A stretch of 32,000 bases of DNA. Origin: Mycobacterium leprae TN. Its GTDB lineage: Bacteria; Actinomycetota; Actinomycetes; Mycobacteriales; Mycobacteriaceae. The notes below the pieces were generated by a model that did no database searches, was not told the origin of the DNA, and was given only the letters and a program-made list of their open reading frames with translations. Position numbers and translations under genes: made by a program. Shown piece by piece: positions 8,451 to 17,205 of the stretch; positions within the stretch are counted from its first letter, which is position 1; every line of letters starts with the position of its first letter. The stretch lies in the NCBI RefSeq assembly GCF_000195855.1, contig NC_002677.1, forward strand, positions 1,170,001-1,202,000, written 5' to 3'.

Positions 8451-9491
8451 TCAGGCAGCGCTGCGTTTGTCGGAAGCTATGGTGTTTAGCACCGCAACGT
8501 GGGTTTTGGCCGAGCTGGTCACGGTTCGCTTGCCGCCGCCGGTGCGGAGCAATTCACGCAGAGCGGCCTGATTCTATTCGGCAGGCTCGGTGGCGTCGAG
8601 GAAGCGCTGAACAACGTCGGTGAAATGGCGCGGGTTGTCGTTAAACGGGCAATGGCTAGCTCCTTCAAAGATCTTCAGTAGGGAACTAGGCATCGCGCTG
8701 TGTGTCATCCAAGCGTGACGGATTGGTACCATACACATCATGTGCACTCCAACTTAATTATCTGCATTGGGATGGCCTGGGTCAAATAATATCGATCAAG
8801 CATGGTTACGATCTAGCCGCGCCAATTGACCACTGCCTGCGTGGTGCGGCCGAACGCTGATGAGGCCGTCGGTTCTTGTAGATCAGCTAAAATCTGCAGC
8901 ACATTTGGTAGCTCGCGACCCAAGCCGGTCGTTTGATCGCCATGCCCAACACCGGCTGGCTAGCTGCACCGCCGATAGCATCAGGGTAGCCGCAGAAATG
9001 CTAGAGTTTCGCTGCCCATCGGCAACAATGCACACCGGAAGACGAAGGGGACATCTTTGGTCGACGCCGTGGGTGGGGAGACCGGGATGAGCTTGTTGAC
9101 CACCTGAGGTAATTGGTAGGCGAACTGCATCGGCCACACCGCTGCCGAGTGAATAGACCCACTAGGGTTGTTCGATTGATGCTAAGTACGCTAAACAGCC
9201 TACTCATCTTGTTTCTTGTTGGTGTATGCCACGACGGAGTAGTCGGAGCATGGCTTATCGGACTGGCAGTGGCCCAGATAGATTTTCGGCAATGACCGTG
9301 AACTGCTGGGCGAGCTTGGCGTGCACGGTAGTCCAGCGAGTGGAATTGTTGCTGATGCCGTGGATCAGCAGTATCGTCGGACTAGAACCGGCGATGCGGT
9401 AGGCTCGCTTGTAAACGTGGATCATGCGGAAACGCAACGGCAGTGTAGTGACTTTTCGCACCGTGCGAAGATTGCTTTTTCGCACGGTCAT
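8451..9491 (-). pseudogene. Alpha/beta hydrolase pseudogene (Rv2715 orthologue)
   Basis: The N-terminus MTVRKSNLRTVRKV..AYRIAGSSPTILLIHGISNNSTRWTTVHAKLAQQFTVIA matches closely. Later pieces (MSRLFSVLSINRTTLVG; VPIRHAWMTHSAMPSSLLKIFEGASHCPFNDNPRHFTDVVQRFLDATEPAE*NQAALREL) lie in other frames and contain stops. Confidence 0.85.
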
Positions 9492-9518
9492 GTCGCCAAT
9501 CTGATCTGATCAGGGCGT

Positions 9519-10499
9519 TCAGGTCAGGTCGTCGTCGCGCTTCTTCTCTGCTTGCTGAGCGAGGAACCGCTCAAACTCTGCTCCAAGTTCGTCGCCGCTA
9601 GGCAGGTCTTCGTCGCGTCTCAGAAGTGACCTGTTCTCCTGAGCGTCGATGAACGCATCATACTGGCGCTCAAGAGCTGCTACCACTTGAGCGACTTCGG
9701 TGCTTGCCTGCACTTGCTCGTCGATTTTGGCTCGGATTTCTGCCGCTGCTTCGGCTAGTGCCGATAGCGGAAGCTGCAGTGCACCCGTCTTGGCCACTTG
9801 CTCGAGTAGTGCCTGGGCGGCCGCTGGGTAGTCAGTCTGGGTCAGATAGTGTGGCACGTGCACGGTGAACCCGACAACCTCATGACCATGCTGGCCCATT
9901 CGGTATTCCAGCAAGTTGGACGCACTACCAGGGACTTGGATTTCGGTGATCCAAGGTGTGAAATCGGCGATCAGCTCCCCGTTGTTGGAGTGCGCGGTCA
10001 GTGTGATTGGCCGTGTGTGTGGAACCGCCATCGGGACAGTGCCTAGGCTGATGGTCTGTCGAACCCCCAAGCGCTCGGCCAGCAGGCGCACTGCAGTGAT
10101 GAAACGCTCCCATTTCAGATCCGGTTCCATACCGGCCAGCAGTAAAAACGGTGTCCCGACGCTGTCACGCAACGCGTACAAGCTGAGCTCCGGATCGTCG
10201 TAATGGGTGAAGTGATCGGTCTTGAACGTCATCAGCGGTCGCCGCGAGCGGTAATCGAGCAATTCGTCGATCGCGAAAGAGGCGACCAGCTCGGTGTTCA
10301 AGGCAGCTTTCAGGTGGGTAGCGGCGAGCCGGATTGCGTGACCGGCGTCGGAAAAGCCTTCCAAAGCATGTATCAACACCGGACCGCGGCCATCGGACGC
10401 CAGCAACTGTGGCGCCGGGAACTCAAGCACGTACATGCCGGGCTGCCCTGGCTGGTAGTGCTGCTCGTCATCTGGGTCTTGATAGTGGGAGTGGGACAT
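9519..10499 (-). CDS. PAC2-family (proteasome assembly chaperone-like) protein, Rv2714 orthologue
   Basis: Uninterrupted 326-aa ORF with coding-like composition in the syntenic position. The sequence is typical of the actinobacterial PAC2 family (..VLIHALEGFSDAGHA..LLLAGMEPDLKWERF..). Confidence 0.85.
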   Translation of the reverse strand: MSHSHYQDPDDEQHYQPGQPGMYVLEFPAPQLLASDGRGPVLIHALEGFSDAGHAIRLAATHLKAALNTELVASFAIDELLDYRSRRPLMTFKTDHFTHYDDPELSLYALRDSVGTPFLLLAGMEPDLKWERFITAVRLLAERLGVRQTISLGTVPMAVPHTRPITLTAHSNNGELIADFTPWITEIQVPGSASNLLEYRMGQHGHEVVGFTVHVPHYLTQTDYPAAAQALLEQVAKTGALQLPLSALAEAAAEIRAKIDEQVQASTEVAQVVAALERQYDAFIDAQENRSLLRRDEDLPSGDELGAEFERFLAQQAEKKRDDDLT

Positions 10500-10859
10500 C
10501 GGTGTTGCCTTCTCTCGTGCGTCTGTCCAAGGTGCCGTAACCAGTGTCCCTCAAAACGACGGCGACCCGATAATGTGAACAACCAAGCCTACCTGACAGC
10601 GATTTTTCGAAAGCGCATGATCGTGAGACGGCAGGCGCCGGTAGACTAGCGGGTGGCGTCCAATTTGCCGGCAAGCTTGTTGGTGTGTTGGGCAGTGTCG
10701 ATTTCCGGCGGCCGGTGCGCAGTCAGGAATGATATAGAGCGATGAGGGTTGGGAAGATGTGACTTTGCCTGCTGTTCAGCCTAGCGACGTTGCTGAAGTT
10801 ATGTGGACGGCCAGCTTATCGCACATGTCCCCCCGCACCAGTGCAGCCGAGTAGCGCGC

Positions 10860-11497
10860 TAATACCGCAGGATAGCTGACCCGAGCCCGAGCAGGTGGCG
10901 GGTCCGGTGGACCCCGACCCGCGTTGGTGCAATCTTCGTCGACGGCGGCGCCATGCAGGTTTGCACAGGCTCGGTGGTGCACTCGACGGGCGGCGACCTT
11001 GTGTTGACTGCCGCGCACTGCGTGTCCGGGCGTTCCCAGGCAACGTTCGTTCCTGGGTTAACCGATGATGCTGCGCCCACCGACTTGTGGAAGGTCGACC
11101 AGTTCTACTTCGATCCACGTTGGATTGCCATAGATCCACGTTGGATTGCCATAAAGGATCCGCGTGCCGACTAAGTGATTGCCCGAGTTAGCTGGTGGTG
11201 GTGCGGTGGAATCGCATGTCGGCTCCGCGCTTTCACTAGGCACGGCGCCTGCCCAGGGCAGCATACCTATCGGCTGTGAGGCCAGAACCGGGATCACCGC
11301 GAGCGGGTTTCCCTTGTTGGCGTGTGAGGGGCTAGTCAGCGGCACCAGCGGCGCTCCATGGGTGAGTGGATCGGCGGTCATCGGATTGGTTTGGTGGTCT
11401 CCAAGGTGGTGGGTGCGCGCAGAACATGTCGTACTCGGCATCGTTCGATGAACACATCGCGCAGCTGCTGGTGCGCACAAGCCGACGGACCCGGTGA
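10860..11497 (+). pseudogene. Trypsin-like (S1 family) serine protease pseudogene
   Basis: The His-motif region is IFVDGGAMQVCTGSVVHSTGGDLVLTAAHCV, with a stop at 11172. The Ser-motif region GFPLLACEGLVSGTSGAPWV lies in a second frame and the C-terminal GGLQGGGCAQNMSYSASF in a third. Confidence 0.7.
11112..11153. repeat. Exact 21-bp tandem duplication (gatccacgttggattgccata x2) plus a degenerate partial third copy
   Basis: Read directly. It encodes DPRWIAI DPRWIAI inside the protease pseudogene and is followed by aaggatccgcgt. Confidence 0.95.
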
Positions 11498-11544
11498 TTC
11501 CGTGCTGTCCGAATTCGATGATATTCTGTTTGAGGATAGTATGA

Positions 11545-12968
11545 TCACCGGCGGAACTGGTTGAGCGCACACATCTTGTTCATAACTTCTAATGCAGTGT
11601 TCTTGTAGGTCTCGGAGAATCTTGGGCAGTTGAAAACCGTGTCGACCCGGTACTCGACGGTGTCTCCACACCCCATCAAGGCCTGCTCGATGTGCATTAT
11701 CTCGGTGGCGTTGGTGACGAAGATATGCACGCTAAGCAGCTTGAGATCTTCGGTGGACAAGCAAACTTGAACATGCCGTAGAAGTCCCGGAGATCTGGCT
11801 GAGAGCCAGCTTCCGCGGCATCGAGCTATCCCTACTTCGTAGGGGATCGAGTTTTGCGTGAGTTCCACCTCGGTGGTGCCGATGAGGCCACCTCCGGGAT
11901 TGAATACATGCCGATCGACTGACTGTAGTTTGGTGATGTCTAGCCGTCAGCTCGCCAAATGCGTGATAGGCAGCCAGGCGCCCTTGTTCCATCGAGGTCG
12001 CGGCGAGTGCAGGTAAGCCGACGGCATAGAAATAAATATAGATGTGGCCCACCTTGGTTGAGAATTTTTCGTCGACGAAAATCCATCCGGCGATCCACGG
12101 CTTACAGGTCGGCCTTTTCCAGGTCGAGGTGATCGGTCTGATCCCGCCGCCCCGCGGAGTACATCACCGATTCGGCGGGGATCTGCTTGCTGCTGACCAG
12201 AGTGGTGACGAACCGCCATCGACCGTGGTGACTTTCTCGTCGAAGCGGAATGTCACTGCTAGGTCGTGTAGGTGGAACTTCAGCGCTTCGACGACTTCGA
12301 GGTCGCAGAAGTCCAGCATGTCGCTACGCTTTTCCACCACGGTCACCTTGGTGACCAGCGCGGCAAACATCGAAATGTACTCGGTGCCGATCGCACCGGC
12401 ACCGACCACGGCCATCGAGGACGGCAGTGACTTGAGGTCGAGGATCCCATCGGAGTCGAGAATTCTTTTCTAGTCCAACTCGACCCCAGCAGGCCGCACC
12501 GAACTTGGTGCTGGTAGCTGCTGACGACGTTATAGCCGCTGACGGTGGTCTTCTTGCAGTGGTCATGGTCTTCACCGAGAATCGTGTGTGAATCGAGGAA
12601 GCGGCTGTGTCTGAGCAGCAAATTGACCCGGTTGCGAATCAATTGGCTGCGTATTATGTTAATTTTCTTTATTATCACGTGTTTGATTCGAGCTAACAGG
12701 TCAGCTGAAGTGCTCCGATATTTTACTGGTAGCTTCCTCTGTATAGCTCACCCTGATGTGTTCCGGTGAGGTAAATAACCGTTTCACTCAATATCTTTGA
12801 CGGGATGGTGCCGGTGGTTGACATGCACGCTGCCGATTATTCGGCTACGTTCGATGCTTACGGTGGATTTACCTAGCTTGGCTGAAGGCGACCGCGGTTT
12901 TCCTGTCCGCCAGGACCCGAACCAATAATCACTATAAACCAATAATCACTATAGTCGTACTCGCACAT
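11545..12968 (-). pseudogene. sthA: Soluble pyridine nucleotide transhydrogenase pseudogene
   Basis: It is collinear with SthA along its whole length but spread over at least 3 frames. Pieces: MCEYD..VIIGSGPGGQ (N-terminus), [115 protein letters not shown]...[24 protein letters not shown]. Confidence 0.9.
12920..12953. repeat. Exact 17-bp tandem duplication (aaccaataatcactata x2) inside the sthA FAD-binding motif
   Basis: Read directly. On the coding strand it gives gac TATAGTGATTATTGGTT TATAGTGATTATTGGTT cgggtcctggcgga. One copy would read D-I-V-I-I-G-S-G-P-G-G. Confidence 0.95.
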
Positions 12969-13449
12969 TGACCCTATGAATATAGACAGTAGGAACGCAC
13001 AGTCAGAACTTCGCCCACAAGCGGACAGCTCCACCAGGCCGCATGAACATCGGTTGACGGTGGCGATCGTCAGCGTTGATGCTTATGACAAAGCCTCCAC
13101 CCAATTTTGAGTTAAACCGTTTCGGAGCATTGATCACCGTGCTACTAGGCCGTTCTTGGCTTAGTGCCGAAAAAGTCACTGGTCTTGGTGGTAATTGATG
13201 TGTGTCGATCTGTCCGGACAGCTGGTCGACTGGGTTGGGCATCTAGTTGACGTTGCCGCCGCGGCTGATCCTGAGGCCGCGAACGCCTGTGATCATTGAT
13301 GCGGACGGCGTCCACTGTTCACGTTGCAAACAGCCCACAGGACATCCGCAAACTTGCGTTCACCGGCTGCCGGCTGACTGATGACTCGGTATTTGGCTAC
13401 CGCCGCTCTGGACATTTGGCCAGCGCGGCGGGTTAGGTCTCAGTCCGGC

Positions 13450-13474
13450 CGTTCGAGCCGCATCGGCCCGAACG
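13450..13474 (-). terminator. Candidate stem-loop just downstream of ideR
   Basis: cgttcgaGCCGcatCGGCccgaacg forms 6+4 bp of stem with one internal mismatch. It starts 7 nt after the ideR stop and has no U-tract, which is common in mycobacteria. Confidence 0.3.
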
Positions 13475-13480
13475 AATGAA

Positions 13481-14173
13481 TCAGACCTTCTCGACTTTGA
13501 CCGCGTGCGCCATCTCATGCGGCAGAGTGACGTTTTCGTGACCGGGGATAATGATGATCACGTTGCCCGCTGGGCTTGTCTCCACCGTCACACGTGCGTT
13601 GGGCACGACGCCGGTGTCTTTGAGCCGCGTGATCAGATCGATATCGTCCTGGACATGTTCGGTGAGCTGGCGGACGACCACTGCCACCGGTGACCCGGAC
13701 GGCAACTCAGTCAACCGGACAAGTTTGGCGTTGGCGGCGCTGGCATCCGGTCCAGCACCGAGGTCTAGCAGACCTGGAATCGGGTTGCCGAACGGTGATG
13801 TCGTCGGGTTGTTTAGTACTTTAATCAGCCGGCGCTCAACATCCTCACTCATTACGTGTTCCCACCGACATGCTTCGGCGTGAACCTCTTCCCACGGCAA
13901 CCCGATGACATCGACCAGCAGTCGTTCCGCGAGACGGTGCTTACGCATCACCGCGATGGCCATCGCGCGGCCTTTGGTCGTGAGCTCTAGATGACGGTTG
14001 CCAGCCACCCGGAGTAATCCGTCCCGTTCCATCCGGGACACAGTTTGGCTCACTGTAGGCCCGCTCTGCTCGAGCCGCTCGGCGATACGGGCGCGCAGCG
14101 GTGTGACACCCTCTTCCTCGAGGTCGTAAATGGTCCGCAGGTACATCTCGGTGGTATCAACCAGGTCATTCAT
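13481..14173 (-). CDS. ideR: Iron-dependent repressor IdeR (DtxR family)
   Basis: 230 aa, beginning MNDLVDTTEMYLRTIYDLEEEGVTPLRARIAERLEQSGPTVSQTVSRMERDGLL..., with a C-terminal SH3-like domain. A ggaggg RBS lies upstream. Confidence 0.97.
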   Translation of the reverse strand: MNDLVDTTEMYLRTIYDLEEEGVTPLRARIAERLEQSGPTVSQTVSRMERDGLLRVAGNRHLELTTKGRAMAIAVMRKHRLAERLLVDVIGLPWEEVHAEACRWEHVMSEDVERRLIKVLNNPTTSPFGNPIPGLLDLGAGPDASAANAKLVRLTELPSGSPVAVVVRQLTEHVQDDIDLITRLKDTGVVPNARVTVETSPAGNVIIIIPGHENVTLPHEMAHAVKVEKV

Positions 14174-14248
14174 TCAGCACCCTCCATTACTGGCGAGTCT
14201 ACTTGGCCAGCTGCGCCGATGGTTTGCCGAGCTTCGCGGCAGCAGTAT

Positions 14249-14269
14249 GCCCGCCACGGGGCGGCGGGC
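14249..14269 (-). terminator. Candidate GC-rich stem-loop downstream of sigB
   Basis: GCCCGCC-acggggc-GGCGGGC is a 7-bp stem about 60 nt after the sigB stop, in the sigB-ideR spacer. Confidence 0.3.
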
Positions 14270-14329
14270 ATAACTGTCTGTTACCTGGCTTCGGCTGGCG
14301 GCCCTGACCTGGGTGGCCTAAGTAGCGTG

Positions 14330-15289
14330 TTAACTCGCGTACGAGCGTAGTCGGTCAGCGCGCTCACCGTTGCGGAGCTTGCACATCACGTCTCGCTCGA
14401 TTTGGCGGACCCGCTCGCGGGACAAACCGAACAGCTTGCCGATCTGATCCAGGGTGCGTGGCTGGCCGTCGTCTAGACCGAAACGCAGCCGGATCACCTG
14501 GTGTTCACGTTCGTCGAGAGTGGCCAGCACACTGCGGATATCGGTGTGCAGAAGTTCGGCGATGACTGCGTTCTCCGCGGACATGGCTTCGGCGTCTTCG
14601 ATGAAGTCGCCCAGCGGGGCCTCCTCCTCGGAGCCGACCGGCATGTCCAGACTGACCGGGTCGCGACTGTGTTCCAGCAGGTCGTTGATCTTCTCGATTG
14701 GAATTCCCGATTCAGCGGCGAGTTCTTCGTCAGTAGCTTCCCGTCCTAGGTTTTGGTGCATTTCCCGCTTGATCCGGGCCAGCTTGTTGACTTGCTCAAC
14801 TAAGTGCACCGGCAGTCGGATGGTGCGGCTCTGGTCGGCCATACCGCGGGTGATGGCCTGTCGGATCCACCAAGTAGCATACGTCGAAAACTTGAATCCC
14901 TTTGTGTAGTCAAACTTCTCCATCGCGCGGATCAACCCCAGGTTGCCCTCCTGGATTAGGTCCAGCAATGGCATTCCCCGACCCGTGTACCGCTTGGCCA
15001 GCGAAACAACAAGGCGTAAATTAGCTTCCAGCAGGTGGCGACGTGCTGCTGCGCCATCGCGCGCCACAGCTGCTAATGCGCGTTTGCGGCCCTCGCCGAA
15101 GCGCTTGCGAGTTTGGAGCAGATGCTCCGCATAGAGCCCAGCTTCGATGCGTTTGGCCAATTCGACTTCATCGGCGGCGTTGAGCAACGCTGTCTTACCG
15201 ATGCCGTTCAGATACACACGCACCAGGTCCGCGGCGGGGCTTTGAGCATCCAGATCGCTGTCAACCCGGTTTGTGGTGGCTTCGGCCAT
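14330..15289 (-). CDS. sigB: RNA polymerase sigma factor SigB (group 2 sigma-70)
   Basis: 319 aa with regions 1.2 to 4 conserved ([47 protein letters not shown]). A gggaggg RBS is present. Confidence 0.97.
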   Translation of the reverse strand: MAEATTNRVDSDLDAQSPAADLVRVYLNGIGKTALLNAADEVELAKRIEAGLYAEHLLQTRKRFGEGRKRALAAVARDGAAARRHLLEANLRLVVSLAKRYTGRGMPLLDLIQEGNLGLIRAMEKFDYTKGFKFSTYATWWIRQAITRGMADQSRTIRLPVHLVEQVNKLARIKREMHQNLGREATDEELAAESGIPIEKINDLLEHSRDPVSLDMPVGSEEEAPLGDFIEDAEAMSAENAVIAELLHTDIRSVLATLDEREHQVIRLRFGLDDGQPRTLDQIGKLFGLSRERVRQIERDVMCKLRNGERADRLRSYAS

Positions 15290-15326
15290 GACGCCCTCCC
15301 AATCGGCTTGTTCTGTAGTTTGTTTT

Positions 15327-15353
15327 AACGACGGGTCCTCCTTGAGAGTTCCC
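15327..15353 (-). promoter_or_regulatory. ECF-type (SigE/SigH-like) promoter upstream of sigB
   Basis: The minus strand reads GGGAAC-17 nt-CGTT. The -10 element lies about 38 nt upstream of the sigB ATG. This fits the GGAAC-N15-17-(C)GTT consensus of mycobacterial SigE/SigH promoters. Confidence 0.5.
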
Positions 15354-15432
15354 GTCCTGCTGTCATCTCACACGCTTTGACGTGCGGAAATGTGCCGACG
15401 ACCTGAGAATGTCCTGAGAAGTGCGGGTCGAG

Positions 15433-15460
15433 GCTAGCCGGTCTGAAACCCCTGGCTAGC
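15433..15460 (-). terminator. Candidate stem-loop overlapping the stop of the DUF3099-like gene
   Basis: GCTAGCC-14 nt-GGCTAGC is a 7-bp stem. The left arm is part of the palindrome GGCTAGCC. Confidence 0.25.
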
Positions 15461-15944
15461 TTCGGCTGTCTGTGGCCAATGACGTCGGTTTAGGCGGCGG
15501 TCGTCGTAGCGACTTGAATGCTGGCTGCTCGGTCGTCAGCAATAGCGGGGTGCGCCTTCGGCGGCTGTCAAATCGTCGTGGCTCTTCTGTGCGGCGAAGG
15601 GGTCGGTCGTTGGCAATTAGTACGGCCATCCACGGTAACGGCACCGAGGCCGCCACGATCAGCAGTGAGATCAGACCGTTGTGCCAGGCGCTGTAGGCGA
15701 CGGTGGTCAACATAAGCGCCGGAATCCGGAAAGCCATCAAGGTCATATATTTGCGTACCCGCGTGCGACGCTCTTCCTCGTACGACGGGGCAGCGGTGGT
15801 GATGAGCACCGGCCGGCTATTGTCATCGAACGTGTCCGTTGTACCTCGATTCGGAGCCGTGCTTAATTTCCCCACTGTACCCAATACAAGATCAACTCCG
15901 GCGTGTCCGGCTTCTGTTTCAGCGTGGGGCGAGTGCGGAGGCAC
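15456..15944 (-). CDS. DUF3099-like membrane protein (Rv2709 orthologue)
   Basis: The ORF is up to 162 aa. Its conserved core is RTRVRKYMTLMAFRIPALMLTTVAYSAWHNGLISLLIVAASVPLPWMAVLIANDRP (two TM helices). The true start is probably downstream of the GTG at 15944, which lies inside the 24-bp repeat. Confidence 0.75.
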   Translation of the reverse strand: MPPHSPHAETEAGHAGVDLVLGTVGKLSTAPNRGTTDTFDDNSRPVLITTAAPSYEEERRTRVRKYMTLMAFRIPALMLTTVAYSAWHNGLISLLIVAASVPLPWMAVLIANDRPLRRTEEPRRFDSRRRRTPLLLTTEQPAFKSLRRPPPKPTSLATDSRS

Positions 15945-15984
15945 AATGTCACAATGTTAGGGAGGCACAATGTCACAATGTTAG
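15937..15984. repeat. Exact 24-bp tandem duplication (ggaggcacaatgtcacaatgttag x2), each unit holding a nested cacaatgt x2
   Basis: Read directly. Four copies of CACAATGT fall within 48 bp, in the divergent region between the DUF3099-like and DUF3039-like genes. Confidence 0.95.
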
Positions 15985-15986
15985 GT

Positions 15987-16226
15987 ATGCAGACCCAGAC
16001 AATCGAACACACCTATACCGACGAACACGTCGACGACGGTACGGGCAGCGACACGCCCAAATACTTCCACTACGTCAAAAAGGACAAGATCGTTGAGAGT
16101 GCGGTCATGGGCAGTCATGTGGTTGCGTTGTGCGGTGAAGTATTTCCCGTGACGCGCGCGGCTAAGCCCGGCTCTCCGGTATGTTCGGACTGCAAGCGGG
16201 TCTATGACATGCTCAAGAAGGGTTGA
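15987..16226 (+). CDS. DUF3039-like small protein (Rv2708c orthologue)
   Basis: The ATG at 15987 gives a 79-aa product, MQTQTIEHTYTDEHVDDGTGSDTPKYFHYVKKDKIVESAVMGSHVVALCGEVFPVTRAAKPGSPVCSDCKRVYDMLKKG. The longer ORF from 15903 only adds repeat-derived residues. Confidence 0.8.
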   Translation: MQTQTIEHTYTDEHVDDGTGSDTPKYFHYVKKDKIVESAVMGSHVVALCGEVFPVTRAAKPGSPVCSDCKRVYDMLKKG

Positions 16227-17205
16227 TCAGTTCAGCGGCTCGGCCGCTGCGATGTTGTGTTGTTTGGGTGGTGACGGTGTTCCGCCCGGGGTCGGTATGC
16301 AGACGCGATGTCAGCCAGTTATGCAGTCGGTGGGTATGTGTTTTCGGTGCGGGGAATTTCTCCTGGATAGAGGCATTGAATTCAGCGCCCAGCATGATCG
16401 CAAAACCGCCGAAGAACGCGAACAGTAAGAACGCGATTGGCGTCGTCAACGCGCCATAGGTATAGCCAGTACCGGTGATCCACTTCAGGTAAATCCGAAG
16501 GCCCAGCGTGGTGATCACGAACACCGCTGTGGCCAGAATTGCACCAAAGACCAGCCGGTGCGTAGGCAGCGGTATTGGCAGCGCTACCCGGTAAAGGATC
16601 ATGACAGCGACCAGCAGGCTCACAATCACCGCCGGGTAATAGCCCAAGTGCAACATGTTGGCCCAGCTATGGGGAATGAGTTTCGTCACTTTGCGTGGGC
16701 CCACCACTACCAACGGCGCGGTCGCAACCACGAATGCCAGCATCGCGATGTAGAGGAACAGCGCGAAAAGTCGCTGCTTTACCGGATGGCGCAACAGTGT
16801 CTGGTCATGCGCTTTTACGACCGCATCGACGAATGCCGAAATTGCCGACGATCCTGCCCACAGTGAGATCAGAAACCCCAGTGATACCACTTCGCCGCGG
16901 GCACCGTTGTTGACGTCGCTGATTGTGGGTTCGATGATCTCGTTGACGACGCTGGGGGAGAAGAAGCTGTGTGCCATCGAGATCACGCGCCGCTCGATGG
17001 TGGGTAAAGTATCCTCGCCGAATAACGGTGCGACATAGGCCAAGCTTCCCAGCATTCCTAGCACCAGTGGCGGCAGCGACAAAGCTGACCAAAAGGCTGC
17101 CTGTGCTGACTCTGAGAAGATCGAGTCATCCCAACTTTTCGACAGAGTCCTCAGGCTGATTCGCCAGATGTGCTGACGGGTCGGTTTGTATACCTGGCCG
17201 CTCAT
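16213..17205 (-). CDS. YihY/BrkB-family integral membrane protein (Rv2707 orthologue)
   Basis: 330-aa ORF with about 6 TM segments and family-typical N-terminal motifs (SWDDSIFSESAQAAFWSALSLPPLVL). Its 3' end overlaps the convergent DUF3039-like gene by 14 nt. Confidence 0.85.
   Translation of the reverse strand: MSGQVYKPTRQHIWRISLRTLSKSWDDSIFSESAQAAFWSALSLPPLVLGMLGSLAYVAPLFGEDTLPTIERRVISMAHSFFSPSVVNEIIEPTISDVNNGARGEVVSLGFLISLWAGSSAISAFVDAVVKAHDQTLLRHPVKQRLFALFLYIAMLAFVVATAPLVVVGPRKVTKLIPHSWANMLHLGYYPAVIVSLLVAVMILYRVALPIPLPTHRLVFGAILATAVFVITTLGLRIYLKWITGTGYTYGALTTPIAFLLFAFFGGFAIMLGAEFNASIQEKFPAPKTHTHRLHNWLTSRLHTDPGRNTVTTQTTQHRSGRAAELINPS

Noticed and set aside
10203-10649. 148-aa plus-strand ORF
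   Set aside because: It is antisense to the intact PAC2-family gene and runs into its upstream region. No motifs are present.
12969-13449. Spacer between sthA and ideR where M. tuberculosis has Rv2712c, including the 79-aa minus-strand ORF at 13003-13242
   Set aside because: I found no recognisable remnant in any frame. It is probably a deletion plus decay, but I cannot support any feature call.
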